DNA of 47,449 bases from a virus (lineage: Duplodnaviria; Heunggongvirae; Uroviricota; Caudoviricetes). Made by a program: the position numbers and the translations under genes. How positions within the stretch are numbered: the stretch's first letter is position 1; the number at the start of each line of letters is the position of its first letter. Below are positions 1 through 10,054 of this stretch, one piece after another. The notes beneath the pieces are model-generated. The model worked only from the letters and a program-made list of their open reading frames with translations, searched no databases and was not told the origin of the DNA. The stretch is taken from the IMG/VR virus record IMGVR_UViG_2585427767_000006; one strand, given 5' to 3'.

Positions 1-235
1 TCAATAAATCCCATCATTGCGATCAACCTCATCCTTAACCATTGATGCGAGCAGTTCTTCCAGTTTCTGCGCTGACAGCTTTACCTGGTGATCTTCAGCA
101 TCTTCCCGGGCTATTGTGGTTCGCGCAGTGGCTGATTTTGCTGACATCACCACAGGGGGCAGACGGACCATTGAACCATGGCCTCCGGAACAAATAAGGG
201 CAAAAATAACAACCACTATCGAAAGCTCACAAACT

Positions 236-405
236 AACCGCAGCACGTTCCTGCATACGACGTGTCTGCGGCATAATCCCAATGATTACTCCCTGACAGG
301 ATTTGCAGGCCACTCAATATCAGGTGCAGTTGATGTATCAACACGATTCAACAATACCCGATATTTATTCCATGCCTCCAGCAACGATCTTTCTTCCTCC
401 GTTGC
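236..405. repeat. Direct repeat copy 1 (~170 bp), derived from the 3' end of tfa
   Basis: Sequence from AACCGCAGCACGTTC through TTCTTCCTCCGTTGC recurs at 1286..1454 with roughly 85-90% identity judged by eye (offset ~1050 bp). Confidence 0.7.
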
Positions 406-555
406 GATTTCCAGATCTACAGCATCCTGCAGTGGCGCAATATACTCACTGAATTCCTGGATGTAGAACTGTGTGGTGACGGTCTTCCAGCCATTCGGCT
501 CCTGCTGTATCGAAGCATACCAGGCTATTTCAATATCGCTATGCTGCGGCAGCAT
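286..555 (-). pseudogene. tfa: Tail fibre assembly protein Tfa, C-terminal fragment only
   Basis: C-terminal ~55 aa ([54 protein letters not shown]) closely match the C-terminus of lambda Tfa; the N-terminal half of a ~194-aa Tfa is absent. Confidence 0.6.
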
Positions 556-611
556 TTAACCCCTTGTAATTCATCGCCATAATTGATTTAATTCACAAAT
601 AAAACTATAAC

Positions 612-1280
612 ATGGTGAAATTAATGAAAAAAAACACAGATGATGGGGCTAAAATTTACACACCACTTACCCTAAAGCTTTATGACTGGTGGGTTTTGGG
701 AGTATCAAATCGGCTTGCATGGGGATGTCCTACAAAGGAACACCTTCTTCCACACTTTCTGGAACATTTAGGTAACAACCATCTGGATATTGGTGTTGGA
801 ACTGGGTTTTACCTTACTCACGTACCTGAGAGTAGTCTGATATCTTTAATGGATTTGAACGAAGCTAGCCTGAACGCGGCATCTACAAGGGCTGGGGAAT
901 CAAAAATTAAACATAAAATTAGCCATGATGTTTTTGAACCTTATCCCGCGGCGTTACATGGTCAATTTGATTCCATTTCCATGTTTTACCTTCTTCACTG
1001 CCTGCCTGGAAATATATCTACAAAAAGCTGTGTAATACGCAATGCGGCGCAGGCCTTAACTGACGATGGAACTCTATACGGAGCCACAATTCTTGGCGAT
1101 GGAGTTGTGCACAATAGCTTCGGTCAAAAACTGATGCGCATTTACAATCAGAAAGGCATCTTTTCAAACACAAAAGATTCCGAAGAAGGCTTAACACATA
1201 TACTCTCAGAGCATTTCGAGAATGTTAAAACCAAGGTTCAAGGTACTGTAGTAATGTTTTCCGCTTCAGGGAAAAAATAG
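612..1280 (+). CDS. Class I SAM-dependent methyltransferase (cargo gene; substrate unknown)
   Basis: 222-aa ORF with Rossmann motif I LDIGVGTG followed by an acidic post-I residue (LMDLNEASL); no DPPY/NPPY DNA-MTase motif; AT-rich upstream region; opposite strand to the tail genes. Confidence 0.7.
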   Translation: MVKLMKKNTDDGAKIYTPLTLKLYDWWVLGVSNRLAWGCPTKEHLLPHFLEHLGNNHLDIGVGTGFYLTHVPESSLISLMDLNEASLNAASTRAGESKIKHKISHDVFEPYPAALHGQFDSISMFYLLHCLPGNISTKSCVIRNAAQALTDDGTLYGATILGDGVVHNSFGQKLMRIYNQKGIFSNTKDSEEGLTHILSEHFENVKTKVQGTVVMFSASGKK

Positions 1281-1285
1281 CATCC

Positions 1286-1454
1286 AACCGCAGCACGTTC
1301 TTGCTTAAGACGTGCTGCGGCATAATCCCAATGATTACTCCCTGACAGGGTTCGTAGGCCACTCAATATCAGGTGCAGTTGATGTATCAACACGGTTCAG
1401 CAGCATCCGATACTTTTTCCAGGCTTCCAGCAACGGGGTTTCTTCCTCCGTTGC
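1286..1454. repeat. Direct repeat copy 2, containing a second tfa 3' remnant (approx 1335..1470, minus strand, no start codon)
   Basis: Minus-strand translation gives ...[36 protein letters not shown], a Tfa C-terminus; the 5' part of the repeat forms an 11-bp dyad CCGCAGCACGT-N11-ACGTGCTGCGG. Confidence 0.65.
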
Positions 1455-1473
1455 ATATACAGCTCACCTTTTT

Positions 1474-1767
1474 TCACCCACGATTAACCAACAGCCAGAC
1501 CAGCAGACACGCCACCACCGGCACAGCAAAATCCATCAGGCTTGCCACATCCCATGCACGTGTATCAAAACCGCCCCACCACGGCATATTCATTCGCTTG
1601 CCATGCCCGAACATTTCAATCCAGCGATATTCTGCCTGGGTATGTTCACGCGCAATGAAGAACGTACAACCGGCTATCGCTCCGTAAGCCCAGTTTCCGG
1701 TAAAAAGACCAACCAGTATCTGCGCAGCCACAGCACAAAGTGCATGAAGTAAGGGGCTTATATCCAT
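1474..1767 (-). CDS. Small integral membrane protein (97 aa), last gene of the stf-coupled cassette
   Basis: Two or three hydrophobic segments (AVAAQILVGLFTGNWAYGAIAG; FAVPVVACLLVWLLV); strong SD AAAGGAGGAA 5 nt upstream of the ATG, 12 nt after the stop of the preceding gene. Confidence 0.5.
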   Translation of the reverse strand: MDISPLLHALCAVAAQILVGLFTGNWAYGAIAGCTFFIAREHTQAEYRWIEMFGHGKRMNMPWWGGFDTRAWDVASLMDFAVPVVACLLVWLLVNRG

Positions 1768-1779
1768 TATTTCCTCCTT

Positions 1780-2058
1780 TCAGCTCCATTCCCGAAGCGG
1801 TGTTTCCAGCTCCACGACATAATCAGAGAATACAGAAACATCAAACAAGTCATCAAGAATGCGAATGTTGACAAAATAACCGTCATTCCGGACACAGACA
1901 GGTTCTCCCTCTTCTGTTACCCCTGTTTCTGTGTAGGTGAAACCAATTTCATCGACTAACAGTTTATTCTGGAGGTCTTCATCCTCCTCCCAGTCAAGAG
2001 ATGACAGGAAGGATTTAAACTCTCTGTTACCAGGAAATTTCAAAGTTAAATCTTTCAT
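1780..2058 (-). CDS. Small acidic protein (92 aa), translationally coupled to stf; putative tail-fibre accessory/chaperone
   Basis: ATG overlaps the stf stop (ATGA) and is preceded by SD AAGGAGG inside the stf 3' end; acidic composition (DWEEDEDLQ). Confidence 0.5.
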   Translation of the reverse strand: MKDLTLKFPGNREFKSFLSSLDWEEDEDLQNKLLVDEIGFTYTETGVTEEGEPVCVRNDGYFVNIRILDDLFDVSVFSDYVVELETPLREWS

Positions 2059-4079
2059 ACTGCCTCCTTGATTTGCCTGTCATTTAATTCTTTAAACCAG
2101 ACTCTGAAATTTCTGATGTGTCCAAACAAATGACGCGTTCCTGCTGCGGTCTGCCCACCAAACCGGTACGATGTTGCTGTAATTCCAAATATTTTACCAT
2201 TAAGGTTTGTTGTATAATTACCATTGCATATTGCATTTACTGATAAATCAGATTTAGCTCTCACACCCACAATGAACCTTTCTCCATCTGAGGCAATTTG
2301 TGGCTGAACCATTCCTACGTTGGCGCTTATCTTTCCTGTTGAAACAAACCCCAGCGATAAATAATTATCATCAATACTGTGCCCTCCAACATCAAATATC
2401 CTTGGCGCAACATTGGGCGGTGTACTCCAGCTCCTGCTTACTTCGCACAATACCGTAAAAGGCCTTGTTGACAGGTTATTCTGCGATGGGATAGTAACTA
2501 CATCACTTGCGCGTGTTGTTGGCATTGTAGTTACAATAAATGACGATGCCGTATTGCCCAGTTCAATTTGCGGCGTCGTCATGGTTAATGTTGAGTCATC
2601 ATAGAATGGCTCATTACTTATTTTGTTTGACATATAAAAAGCACAGTTAACGGTATCAATATCCGTATTAGCTGTATAAGTGGACTCATAGTAAGTCCAC
2701 TCACCCTGTTGTTCAGCTTTGGCCGTTATAAGGGATGTATTACCGCTTACTGTTGCAATCCGGGTATCCAGATCAAGATAAGAGTCAGCAGAGAAGGTAT
2801 CTGTTCCACCAATAATAACTGAAACTCTTAACCTGCATCGTGCTTTAGCGCCTTTAACCCGGCACGAAAAAGTGAAACATTCACCACTTGCCAGCGGGAA
2901 TCTGTCTGCTGCAACCACACCATGCACAGTATAGCCACCTGTTGTTCCCACTATACTTTCCGTGGGTGTCACCGTGGCATAATTGAACCCCCGTTTATCA
3001 GTGCCAAATGTTTTATTCAGTGCGGAATGAACAGTCCATGAGTCTGGTTTATTTGAGTTCCTCAGATAATTTGTCCTCTGTCCTTCAATCAATAAGCCAT
3101 CGCGCTCAAATCGCGGTTCATCAACTTCAGCAAGCTTGAGTTGGCCGGACTTATTAATATACGTTGCTGTTGAAGCACGTTTAAACTTAACAATCTTGTC
3201 GCCTGGCATTGTTATTTCATCGTCACCTATAACAATCTTTTTATATGATGGCGAAAAACCCGTAATCATATCCAGTGAATCGTTAAACGGTATCCACACA
3301 TCAGGCAGCGGCGGCACTATATTCACATAGGGCTCTGCAGTCACTTCCGCTGCGGCTTCTGCGCGGTCTGCCGCCTTTTCAGCTCGTGTCGCTGCCGACA
3401 GAGCCTCATCCTTTTTCTGCCCGGCCGTTGTTGCGTCTGCTGCGGCCTCCCGCGCTTTTGTGGTGGCGATTCCGGCATTCTCAGCGGCTGACTCTGCATT
3501 ACGGCGGGAAGCCTCTTCACTGCCTGCGGAGGCTTCCTCTGACGCACGGGCATTTGTCTCTGAACGTTCTGCCGCTGTTGCTGCATTTTGTGCGGCTGTT
3601 TTTGAAGAAGCTGCCGCTTTCGCGCTGTTACCTGCATTCGTCTCTGATGTTTTCGCCGCGTTCCTGGACGATGCCGCTGCTGTTTCTGATTTCTTTGCTG
3701 CCGCTGCGCTCTGAGAGGCGGCTTCAGCGTTGCGTGCCACCTCTTCCACCATCTTTTCAAAACGATACAGTGCCTCCGGACGAACATCATCTTCTGTTGC
3801 AGCGCCCAGAAAATCATTCAATGTCCCCGGCTTAGAATCCTCATACACGGTGATGGCCCCGGCATGTGAAGGCGGAAAACCTTCAACCAGCAGGATAACG
3901 CTGTACTGGCCATACTCGACATCCATGCTGTAACGTCCGGCTTCATCCGGATTTTCTGAGGCCACCGTGTTCACCACAACCGTGGTGCTGTTACGTTTTG
4001 CTTTGAGCTGAATGGTGCAGTTCTGTATTGGTTTTCCCGCACCATCTTTCAGCACACCTGAGATTTTTACTGCTGCCAT
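2055..4079 (-). CDS. stf: Side tail fibre protein Stf
   Basis: N-terminus MAAVKISGVLKDGAGKPIQNCTIQLKAKRNSTTVVVNTV... matches lambda Stf; Ala/Ser/Glu-rich repeat region follows; C-terminal part is divergent. ORF-track start 4085 is GTG; ATG at 4079 aligns with lambda. Confidence 0.85.
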   Translation of the reverse strand: MAAVKISGVLKDGAGKPIQNCTIQLKAKRNSTTVVVNTVASENPDEAGRYSMDVEYGQYSVILLVEGFPPSHAGAITVYEDSKPGTLNDFLGAATEDDVRPEALYRFEKMVEEVARNAEAASQSAAAAKKSETAAASSRNAAKTSETNAGNSAKAAASSKTAAQNAATAAERSETNARASEEASAGSEEASRRNAESAAENAGIATTKAREAAADATTAGQKKDEALSAATRAEKAADRAEAAAEVTAEPYVNIVPPLPDVWIPFNDSLDMITGFSPSYKKIVIGDDEITMPGDKIVKFKRASTATYINKSGQLKLAEVDEPRFERDGLLIEGQRTNYLRNSNKPDSWTVHSALNKTFGTDKRGFNYATVTPTESIVGTTGGYTVHGVVAADRFPLASGECFTFSCRVKGAKARCRLRVSVIIGGTDTFSADSYLDLDTRIATVSGNTSLITAKAEQQGEWTYYESTYTANTDIDTVNCAFYMSNKISNEPFYDDSTLTMTTPQIELGNTASSFIVTTMPTTRASDVVTIPSQNNLSTRPFTVLCEVSRSWSTPPNVAPRIFDVGGHSIDDNYLSLGFVSTGKISANVGMVQPQIASDGERFIVGVRAKSDLSVNAICNGNYTTNLNGKIFGITATSYRFGGQTAAGTRHLFGHIRNFRVWFKELNDRQIKEAV

Positions 4080-4095
4080 ATCCACTCCACAAAAA

Positions 4096-4117
4096 AGCCC
4101 GCCTGAACCGGCGGGCT
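4096..4117 (-). terminator. Intrinsic terminator downstream of lom
   Basis: Perfect 8-bp stem AGCCCGCC/GGCGGGCT with 6-nt loop, followed on the minus strand by a run of 6 U. Confidence 0.6.
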
Positions 4118-4143
4118 GTCATAACACTGTGTTACCTGGCTAA

Positions 4144-4743
4144 TCAGAACTTATAACCGACACCCACGATGAAACCGTCAGTGCGCCAGTCGCCACTGCC
4201 GGAGCCTTCATAAGCAATATCAATGGCCACGGATTCGGTCGGGTTAAACTGCACGCCAGCTCCCCACGCCAGAGACGTGTTGCTGTGGCGATCGTCATCA
4301 CTTCCGGTCAGCACATCGTGCGTTTTCCCCTTGTTGTCAGTTACGCGGAGATAATCCCCGGAGAACGTCGAAACACGGCTGTAAGCCACACCTGCCATCG
4401 CATAAGCACTGAACCATTCATTCACGCGTACAGATGGCCCCGCCATCATGCTGAACCAGCGGTTACGCACTGAATCTTCATGCCAGCGGGTATCGCTGTA
4501 ATGCGTTCTTTGCTCATCTTTGGCATTGGCATAACTGAATGACGTCACCAGCCCCAGCGTGTCCGTAAATTCATAACGGTATTTCACGTTAATGCCCTTC
4601 AGGTCATCACTGCCTGGCATATCAGTATGGGTCTGAAGATACCCGGCGCTTAGTGTGGACTGATGCTCTGCTGCGCTCGCTGGCGTACCAGCGGCAACCA
4701 GCCAGACTACTGCGGACAGAATAACAGCACATAATTTACGCAT
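4144..4743 (-). CDS. lom: Outer membrane protein Lom (Ail/PagC/OmpX family)
   Basis: 199-aa protein with signal peptide and beta-barrel ending in C-terminal F; matches lambda Lom; SD GAGAGG upstream. Confidence 0.9.
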   Translation of the reverse strand: MRKLCAVILSAVVWLVAAGTPASAAEHQSTLSAGYLQTHTDMPGSDDLKGINVKYRYEFTDTLGLVTSFSYANAKDEQRTHYSDTRWHEDSVRNRWFSMMAGPSVRVNEWFSAYAMAGVAYSRVSTFSGDYLRVTDNKGKTHDVLTGSDDDRHSNTSLAWGAGVQFNPTESVAIDIAYEGSGSGDWRTDGFIVGVGYKF

Positions 4744-4767
4744 AATTACCTCTCGCTTTTCTGCAAT

Positions 4768-4791
4768 AAAAAAGGCACCATTTCTGGTGCC
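4768..4791 (-). terminator. Intrinsic terminator between J and lom
   Basis: Stem GGCACC/GGTGCC, loop ATTTCT, followed on the minus strand by UUUUUU. Confidence 0.5.
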
Positions 4792-4810
4792 CGTATCTGG
4801 GTTATAAAAT

Positions 4811-7800
4811 TCAGCTAATCGTGATGCCTGCAGTGGCTTTCTTCATCACAACAACCAGCAAATCGCTGATACTTGCTGTGGGATACCAGCCATTTACCAG
4901 CCATGCTGACACCGAAAACTCCAGTGTCATGTGACCGTGACCGGCAGGCATATCAATAACGCCACTGTAAATCAGCGTATTATCCAGCGCGGTACGGTTA
5001 TAAATTTCAGCACCGTTTTTCCGCACTATCAGACGGCATGAGGAGTAAATATCAGTATGCTCTCTCTCATGCTTAGCGCCACTGAATGCCACCGCCGGAA
5101 TAACAATTTGCCGGTCAAACGGCTGATCGTCATAAACCCTGACGGTAATGGTCCCTGATGGCCACCGCTCCGGTGCTCGGGAGTCCCGGGGGAAAGCTTT
5201 ACCCACTGTTTTAACGAGATCGCCTTCAATCTGGTTCGCGGACAGTTTTCCCAGAACCCGGCAGTTCTCGTTAATCGTGACGTTGTTGAGCGTCCCGGAG
5301 TTCGCATTCACGTTACCGCTGATATCGGCATTTTTCGCCGTCAGCCGCCCGTCCGGTGTCAGGGAAAATGCCGGAGGATTACCGCCGCTGGTAATGGTGG
5401 GAGCCGTCAGATATTTCAGGAACACTTCGTTCATGAATATCTGATCGCCCTGACCAACAAACATCGGCTTTGTGTTGCCATTCGCAGGATTAACCATCGC
5501 AATCCTGTCCGCCGCCAGCAGCACCTGACTCTGCATGCCGTCAGGGGTGTTCTCAATACCGGCACCAATACCCGCGATATAAAGGCGTCCGTCCTGCATC
5601 TGCTGCAGCTTCACAGCCCACATGCTGTTCAGGTTATTATTTGTATCAACCTGAACTTTCTGTATCTGCTGGATTGCCGCACTCTGATTTTCCAGTTTTT
5701 TATTGACGGTCTGCGTGATTTCATTGCTGACATTCGTAATGGACGTCCTGATTTCAGCCAGGTCCGGCGCAAGCTGACCGTTATCAATCTGCGTCCACAG
5801 CTCCTGAGCCAGATGGCTTTTCCCTATCTCGCCTTTGAAAAAATCCAGATAGCCGGATGCATCATCACTCGGCTGGCCAACAGCCTCCACAAATGCCGAT
5901 TTGCCAACGGTGTTCACACTGCGGATGTAAAAATAATAATCATGGCCCGGTTTGATATTGATACTGGCAGCTATCCAGTACAGCGCCGTGCCAAGATAAC
6001 GCGCGCTGGTTTCAACCTGCCTGATATCCGCAATCCGATTTTCCGAGAACCAGAACTCAAACTGTACCGTCGGATCATAAACCGCAAGATGCGGCGTGGC
6101 GGTTATCTGAAAATAGCCCGGCGTCAGCTCAATCCGCGATGGCGCTGCCGGTGCGGCAATCCGGAACGATACCGACGCCGGATCGCCCTGCTGCCCCCAC
6201 GCATTTACCGCCCGGACTGTCAGACTGTAATTTCCCAGAGCCAGCTGCCTGAAGCGGTATGTGGTTTCCGTCGTCCGGGCCGTGCTGACCAGCCGCTCAC
6301 TGCCGTCATCCGCTGCCACGGTCAGGCGAAGCATAAAGCTCACGCCCTTCACCACCTTCGGCGTATCCCAGCGCGCCAGCACCTGGTATTCCCCGCTGTC
6401 TGCGGTGACTTCGGCGGTCAGGTGCTGCACCGCTGGCGGCGTGACACCATTCACCGTGCCGCTCTGGTCGCCGTCAAAGTGCGCCCCGTTATCCACGATG
6501 GCTTCTTTTTCCGGTACATGCTGCACGGCAGTGATGGCATACGTGCCGTCATCGTTCTCACGGATACTCACACAGCGGAACAGGCGCTGGCGCAGCGTCG
6601 GCAGCTTCAGCCCCCACACGCTGTATTCGGCAACGCCGTCAGGAACCCGACTCACTTTCACCTTCACGCCGTCGGTGACGGACTGAACCTCCACGCTGAC
6701 CGGACTCCCCTGCCCGTCAACCAGGCTTATCAGCGTGGTACCGGAGGATGGCAGCGTGATTTCACGGTCGAGCGTCAGCGTCCGGGTCTGGCTGTTCACC
6801 GCCAGCACGCGCCCGCCAATGCTGATCCCCGCATAGTCATCATCGCAGATTTCAATAACATCACCCGGTACATGGCGAAGCCCTTCTGCGCCGACGCTGA
6901 AATCCACGGTCTGCGTTTCCAGCAGTTCTGTTTTAATCAGCCACAGCCCGGCGCGGTGTGCCTGCCCCCGGCTGGTACAGCCAAAGGCATCCATCTTCGT
7001 GACGTTACGACCGTAACGGGCAATGGCCTGCGTGTCCTCCACAAGCTCTGTCGCCGTCTCCCAGCCGTTATCCGGGTCAATCCAGTTCACCTCAACGGCA
7101 TTATGACGGTCCTTCAGGGCGCTGAAGCTGTAGCGGAACGGCGCGCCATCATCCGGCATCACCACATTACTGCGGTTATAGGTCCACACCTTATCCGATG
7201 GCCGGTCCTGCACGAACGTCAGCGTCTGCCCGTTCCATACCGGCATACAGCGCATCGCCGAGCAGAAATCACTGAGCACATCCCACGCCTTGCGCTGCGT
7301 GGTCAGCCAGGCATTACAGGTGATGCGCGGCTCCGTGCCACCAAAGCCATCCGGCACCGACTGGTCGCAATTCTGGCCGATGACATACAGCGCCCATTTG
7401 TCCACATCCGCCGCACCGAGACGCTTCCCCATGCCGTAGCGCGGATGGGTCAGCATATCCCACAGACACCAGGCCATGTTGTTGCTGTATGCCGGTTTAA
7501 ACGTCCCGTCCCAGATACCGCTGTATTGCCGCGTCTGCGGGTTATAGTTCGACGGCACCTGCAGAATACGCCCGCGCAGATGATAATTACGGCTCACCTG
7601 CTGGCTGCCGAACTGCTCCGAGTCCACCTGCACGCCGACCAGTGCCGTGTTCGGGTAGCACTGTTTCACATCGATGATTTCGGTGTATGACGACCAGAGC
7701 GTTTTGTTCTGCAGCTGGTCTGTGGTGCTGTCCGGCGTCATCCTGCGCATCCGGATATTAAACGGGCGCGGCGGCAGGTTATCCACCACCACTGAGGCCA

Positions 7801-8290
7801 GATACTGCGAGGTGGTTTTACCCTTAATGGTGATGTCTTTTTCCGTCACCCAGCCACCGTTACGTTGTATCTGAACCAGCAGGCGGACTTCCGATGGATT
7901 CCTGTCCCCCTTTGAGGTGGTTTCCACCAGTGCCTGCACACCGAAGGTAAAGCGCAGACGGTCGATGTTTGCCGACGTGATGGTGCGGGTGATCGGCGTG
8001 TCATATTTCACTTCCGTACCCAGCACCGTCTCGGAACCGGAGGATTCAAATCCCTCCGGCGGAGTCTGCTCCTGCTCACCGGCCCGGAACACCACCGTGA
8101 CGCCGGATATATTGGTATTCCCCTCACTGTCCAGCACCGGCGTACTGTTCAGCAGCACGCTTTTTAATCCATCCACCGGACCTTCAACCGGCCCTTCGCT
8201 GATGGCATCGATCACACTCAGCAGCTGCGTGGATTTCAGGTTGTCCTTCGCTTCGCGCGGGGTATGCCCCTTACTGCTTCCTTTACCCAT
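4811..8290 (-). CDS. J: Host specificity / central tail fibre protein J
   Basis: 1159-aa protein in the lambda J position directly after I; fibronectin-like middle and C-terminal receptor-binding region. Confidence 0.95.
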   Translation of the reverse strand: MGKGSSKGHTPREAKDNLKSTQLLSVIDAISEGPVEGPVDGLKSVLLNSTPVLDSEGNTNISGVTVVFRAGEQEQTPPEGFESSGSETVLGTEVKYDTPITRTITSANIDRLRFTFGVQALVETTSKGDRNPSEVRLLVQIQRNGGWVTEKDITIKGKTTSQYLASVVVDNLPPRPFNIRMRRMTPDSTTDQLQNKTLWSSYTEIIDVKQCYPNTALVGVQVDSEQFGSQQVSRNYHLRGRILQVPSNYNPQTRQYSGIWDGTFKPAYSNNMAWCLWDMLTHPRYGMGKRLGAADVDKWALYVIGQNCDQSVPDGFGGTEPRITCNAWLTTQRKAWDVLSDFCSAMRCMPVWNGQTLTFVQDRPSDKVWTYNRSNVVMPDDGAPFRYSFSALKDRHNAVEVNWIDPDNGWETATELVEDTQAIARYGRNVTKMDAFGCTSRGQAHRAGLWLIKTELLETQTVDFSVGAEGLRHVPGDVIEICDDDYAGISIGGRVLAVNSQTRTLTLDREITLPSSGTTLISLVDGQGSPVSVEVQSVTDGVKVKVSRVPDGVAEYSVWGLKLPTLRQRLFRCVSIRENDDGTYAITAVQHVPEKEAIVDNGAHFDGDQSGTVNGVTPPAVQHLTAEVTADSGEYQVLARWDTPKVVKGVSFMLRLTVAADDGSERLVSTARTTETTYRFRQLALGNYSLTVRAVNAWGQQGDPASVSFRIAAPAAPSRIELTPGYFQITATPHLAVYDPTVQFEFWFSENRIADIRQVETSARYLGTALYWIAASINIKPGHDYYFYIRSVNTVGKSAFVEAVGQPSDDASGYLDFFKGEIGKSHLAQELWTQIDNGQLAPDLAEIRTSITNVSNEITQTVNKKLENQSAAIQQIQKVQVDTNNNLNSMWAVKLQQMQDGRLYIAGIGAGIENTPDGMQSQVLLAADRIAMVNPANGNTKPMFVGQGDQIFMNEVFLKYLTAPTITSGGNPPAFSLTPDGRLTAKNADISGNVNANSGTLNNVTINENCRVLGKLSANQIEGDLVKTVGKAFPRDSRAPERWPSGTITVRVYDDQPFDRQIVIPAVAFSGAKHEREHTDIYSSCRLIVRKNGAEIYNRTALDNTLIYSGVIDMPAGHGHMTLEFSVSAWLVNGWYPTASISDLLVVVMKKATAGITIS

Positions 8291-8305
8291 TCCTCACACT
8301 CCATA

Positions 8306-8332
8306 AACAACAAAGCCGCCCAAAAGGCGGCT
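8306..8332 (-). terminator. Intrinsic terminator between the lipoprotein moron and the J start
   Basis: Stem AGCCGCC/GGCGGCT with loop CAAAA, followed on the minus strand by UUUGUUGUUU; lies 25-45 nt upstream of the J ATG. Confidence 0.5.
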
Positions 8333-8356
8333 CATGAGTTACAGCAGGATTAACTA

Positions 8357-8695
8357 TTATTTACATGCATTAACACTATCAGCAAAAATTTTTGGCGTTA
8401 ATGCTGGTACACGTTCATAAAGAGTAAAACTACTGCCATTTCCTGCTTTTTTGATATCAAGCACAACATCATATCCCCCCATAGCCTGTGGAACTAAAAG
8501 GCTTACCCCATTCTCAATAGGAAGGGATGTTATAGGTGTTCCATTACCAGCCCATTGTCTGGATATGCAGCCTGACAATTCATCAATATTTTTTAATGAA
8601 TTACCTTCCATTACAGGTTTTCCGGATTTTACGTAATCCAAAGATTTACATCCTGTTAAGGCAATAATCGTGCAGAATAAAATCGTTTTGTTCAT
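8357..8695 (-). CDS. Lipoprotein (moron inserted between tail genes I and J)
   Basis: Signal peptide MNKTILFCTIIALTGC with lipobox LTGC; AT-rich island 8296..8767; lambda has no gene between I and J. ORF-track start 8707 is TTG; ATG at 8695. Confidence 0.6.
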   Translation of the reverse strand: MNKTILFCTIIALTGCKSLDYVKSGKPVMEGNSLKNIDELSGCISRQWAGNGTPITSLPIENGVSLLVPQAMGGYDVVLDIKKAGNGSSFTLYERVPALTPKIFADSVNACK

Positions 8696-8767
8696 ATAGC
8701 TAACCAATAGAATAATTATCAGTGTTCGATATAAATATTAAATCAGTTAGAACATGAGTAAATAATA

Positions 8768-9409
8768 TTACCGCCCAATTACCACAACCTGACCACCATC
8801 CCCTTCATCTGCCGTGCTGATCTCCTGAGATGCCACACGTGACCCCACGCGCATTTCACCGTACAGAACAGGCAGGACATTGCCCTGGGCAACCATGTTA
8901 TCCAGTGAGGAGAAATAGGTGTTCTGTTTGCCGTTATCCGTTGTCTGTGTACGTGGAGTTTTGGGTTTAGGGGCCAGCATCTGTGCGACACCACCAAGCG
9001 TCATCGCTGCCCCCATAGAAAAGAGAATGTCACTGAAAGCGATACTGATTCCTGGCATCCAGATTGCCGTAGCAATCAGCGCCGCACCCAGCACTGCCTG
9101 AAAAACACCACCACTTTTGGCACCCGCCAGACGCGGTACGATGTGGATCACGGCACCATTTGCCAGCGGCTCATTAAGACGGGATGATAATTCGGTTTCT
9201 CCTGCATCCCGCCCGGCAATCCGTACCTGATACCAGCCATCGCTCAGTTTCTGACGAAACGCCGGGAGCTGTGTGGCCAGTGCCCGGATGGCTTCAGCCC
9301 CCGTTTTCACACGAAGGTCGATGCGGCGGCCAAATCGTTGCAAATCCCCGTAAAGGCAGATGCGTGCCATGCCCGGTGACGCCAGAGGGAGTGTGTGCGT
9401 CGCTGCCAT
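8768..9409 (-). CDS. I: Tail assembly protein I
   Basis: N-terminus MAATHTLPLASPGMARICLYGDLQRFGRRIDLRVKTGAEAIRALATQLPAFRQKLSDGWYQVRIAGRD and C-terminus NGKQNTYFSSLDNMVAQGNVLPVLYGEMRVGSRVASQEISTADEGDGGQVVVIGR match lambda gpI almost exactly, by eye. Confidence 0.9.
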   Translation of the reverse strand: MAATHTLPLASPGMARICLYGDLQRFGRRIDLRVKTGAEAIRALATQLPAFRQKLSDGWYQVRIAGRDAGETELSSRLNEPLANGAVIHIVPRLAGAKSGGVFQAVLGAALIATAIWMPGISIAFSDILFSMGAAMTLGGVAQMLAPKPKTPRTQTTDNGKQNTYFSSLDNMVAQGNVLPVLYGEMRVGSRVASQEISTADEGDGGQVVVIGR

Positions 9410-10050
9410 TTGTCGGTGTACCTCTCTCGTTTGCTCAGTTGTTCAGGAATATGGTGCAGCAGCTCGCCATCACCACAGTAAATGGCGGCATGATTCGGCA
9501 CCGATGAACCAAAACAGCACAGCAGCACATCGCCCGGTTGTGCTGATGACAACGGCACCTGATACAGCCCTGTGGCCTCCAGATTATCCAGATAGAGATT
9601 CTGACCGTGACGCCACCAGTCATCCTCGCGATGAAAATCCGGCATCTCAATCCCCGCCAGATGATAAGCATCCCGGAACAGCGTGTAACAGTCCGTCACC
9701 CCGTGCTCAAAGCGCCGCCCGGTGAGATGCGGCACACAGCGGAACTTATGAATCGCCCCCCGGCAGACCAGCAACCACGGCAAATCACTCTGCACCTGCA
9801 GCCGCCGGTCAGCCTCACTCAGCCAGGGCAGACCACCGGGGTGGCTGTGGACCAGCGCCACAATCTCACCCTGCATTTCTGCCTGCAGCCAGTCCTCCGG
9901 AGCCATCCGGAAATAATCCTCCGGCTCACCGGAGATATTCACGCAGGGGAAATATCTTTCCCCCTCCGGCGTGCTTACCACGAAGCCGCACGACTCCGCT
10001 GGCGCACATCGCCGGGCGTGCGCCAGAATCGCTGATTCTGTCTCTGTCAT
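9307..10050 (-). CDS. K: Tail tip assembly protein K (MPN/JAB plus NlpC/P60 domains)
   Basis: HSHPGG...SEAD JAB motif and a C-terminal Cys/His NlpC/P60 region; overlaps I by ~100 nt as in lambda; start taken at ATG 10050 (ORF-track start 10092 lies inside L). Confidence 0.85.
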   Translation of the reverse strand: MTETESAILAHARRCAPAESCGFVVSTPEGERYFPCVNISGEPEDYFRMAPEDWLQAEMQGEIVALVHSHPGGLPWLSEADRRLQVQSDLPWLLVCRGAIHKFRCVPHLTGRRFEHGVTDCYTLFRDAYHLAGIEMPDFHREDDWWRHGQNLYLDNLEATGLYQVPLSSAQPGDVLLCCFGSSVPNHAAIYCGDGELLHHIPEQLSKRERYTDKWQRRTHSLWRHRAWHASAFTGICNDLAAASTFV

Positions 10051-10054
10051 GGGA

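Noticed and set aside
1-282. 93-aa minus-strand ORF at the window start (and plus-strand ORF 116..466)
   Set aside because: TTG start, overlaps the tfa-derived repeat, no SD; only a 47-aa ATG-initiated sub-ORF is possible and it has no recognisable features. Left unannotated.
3341-3933. Cluster of overlapping ORFs on both strands and apparent repetitiveness in the stf 5' third
   Set aside because: These are alternative frames of the Ala/Ser/Glu-rich coding repeat of Stf (GCN-rich codons); no spacer-repeat structure, so not CRISPR and not separate genes.
5813-7690. 625-aa plus-strand ORF (and 6261..6686)
   Set aside because: Lies entirely antisense within the J gene; Arg/Pro/His-rich, low-complexity product typical of a GC-rich antisense frame artefact.
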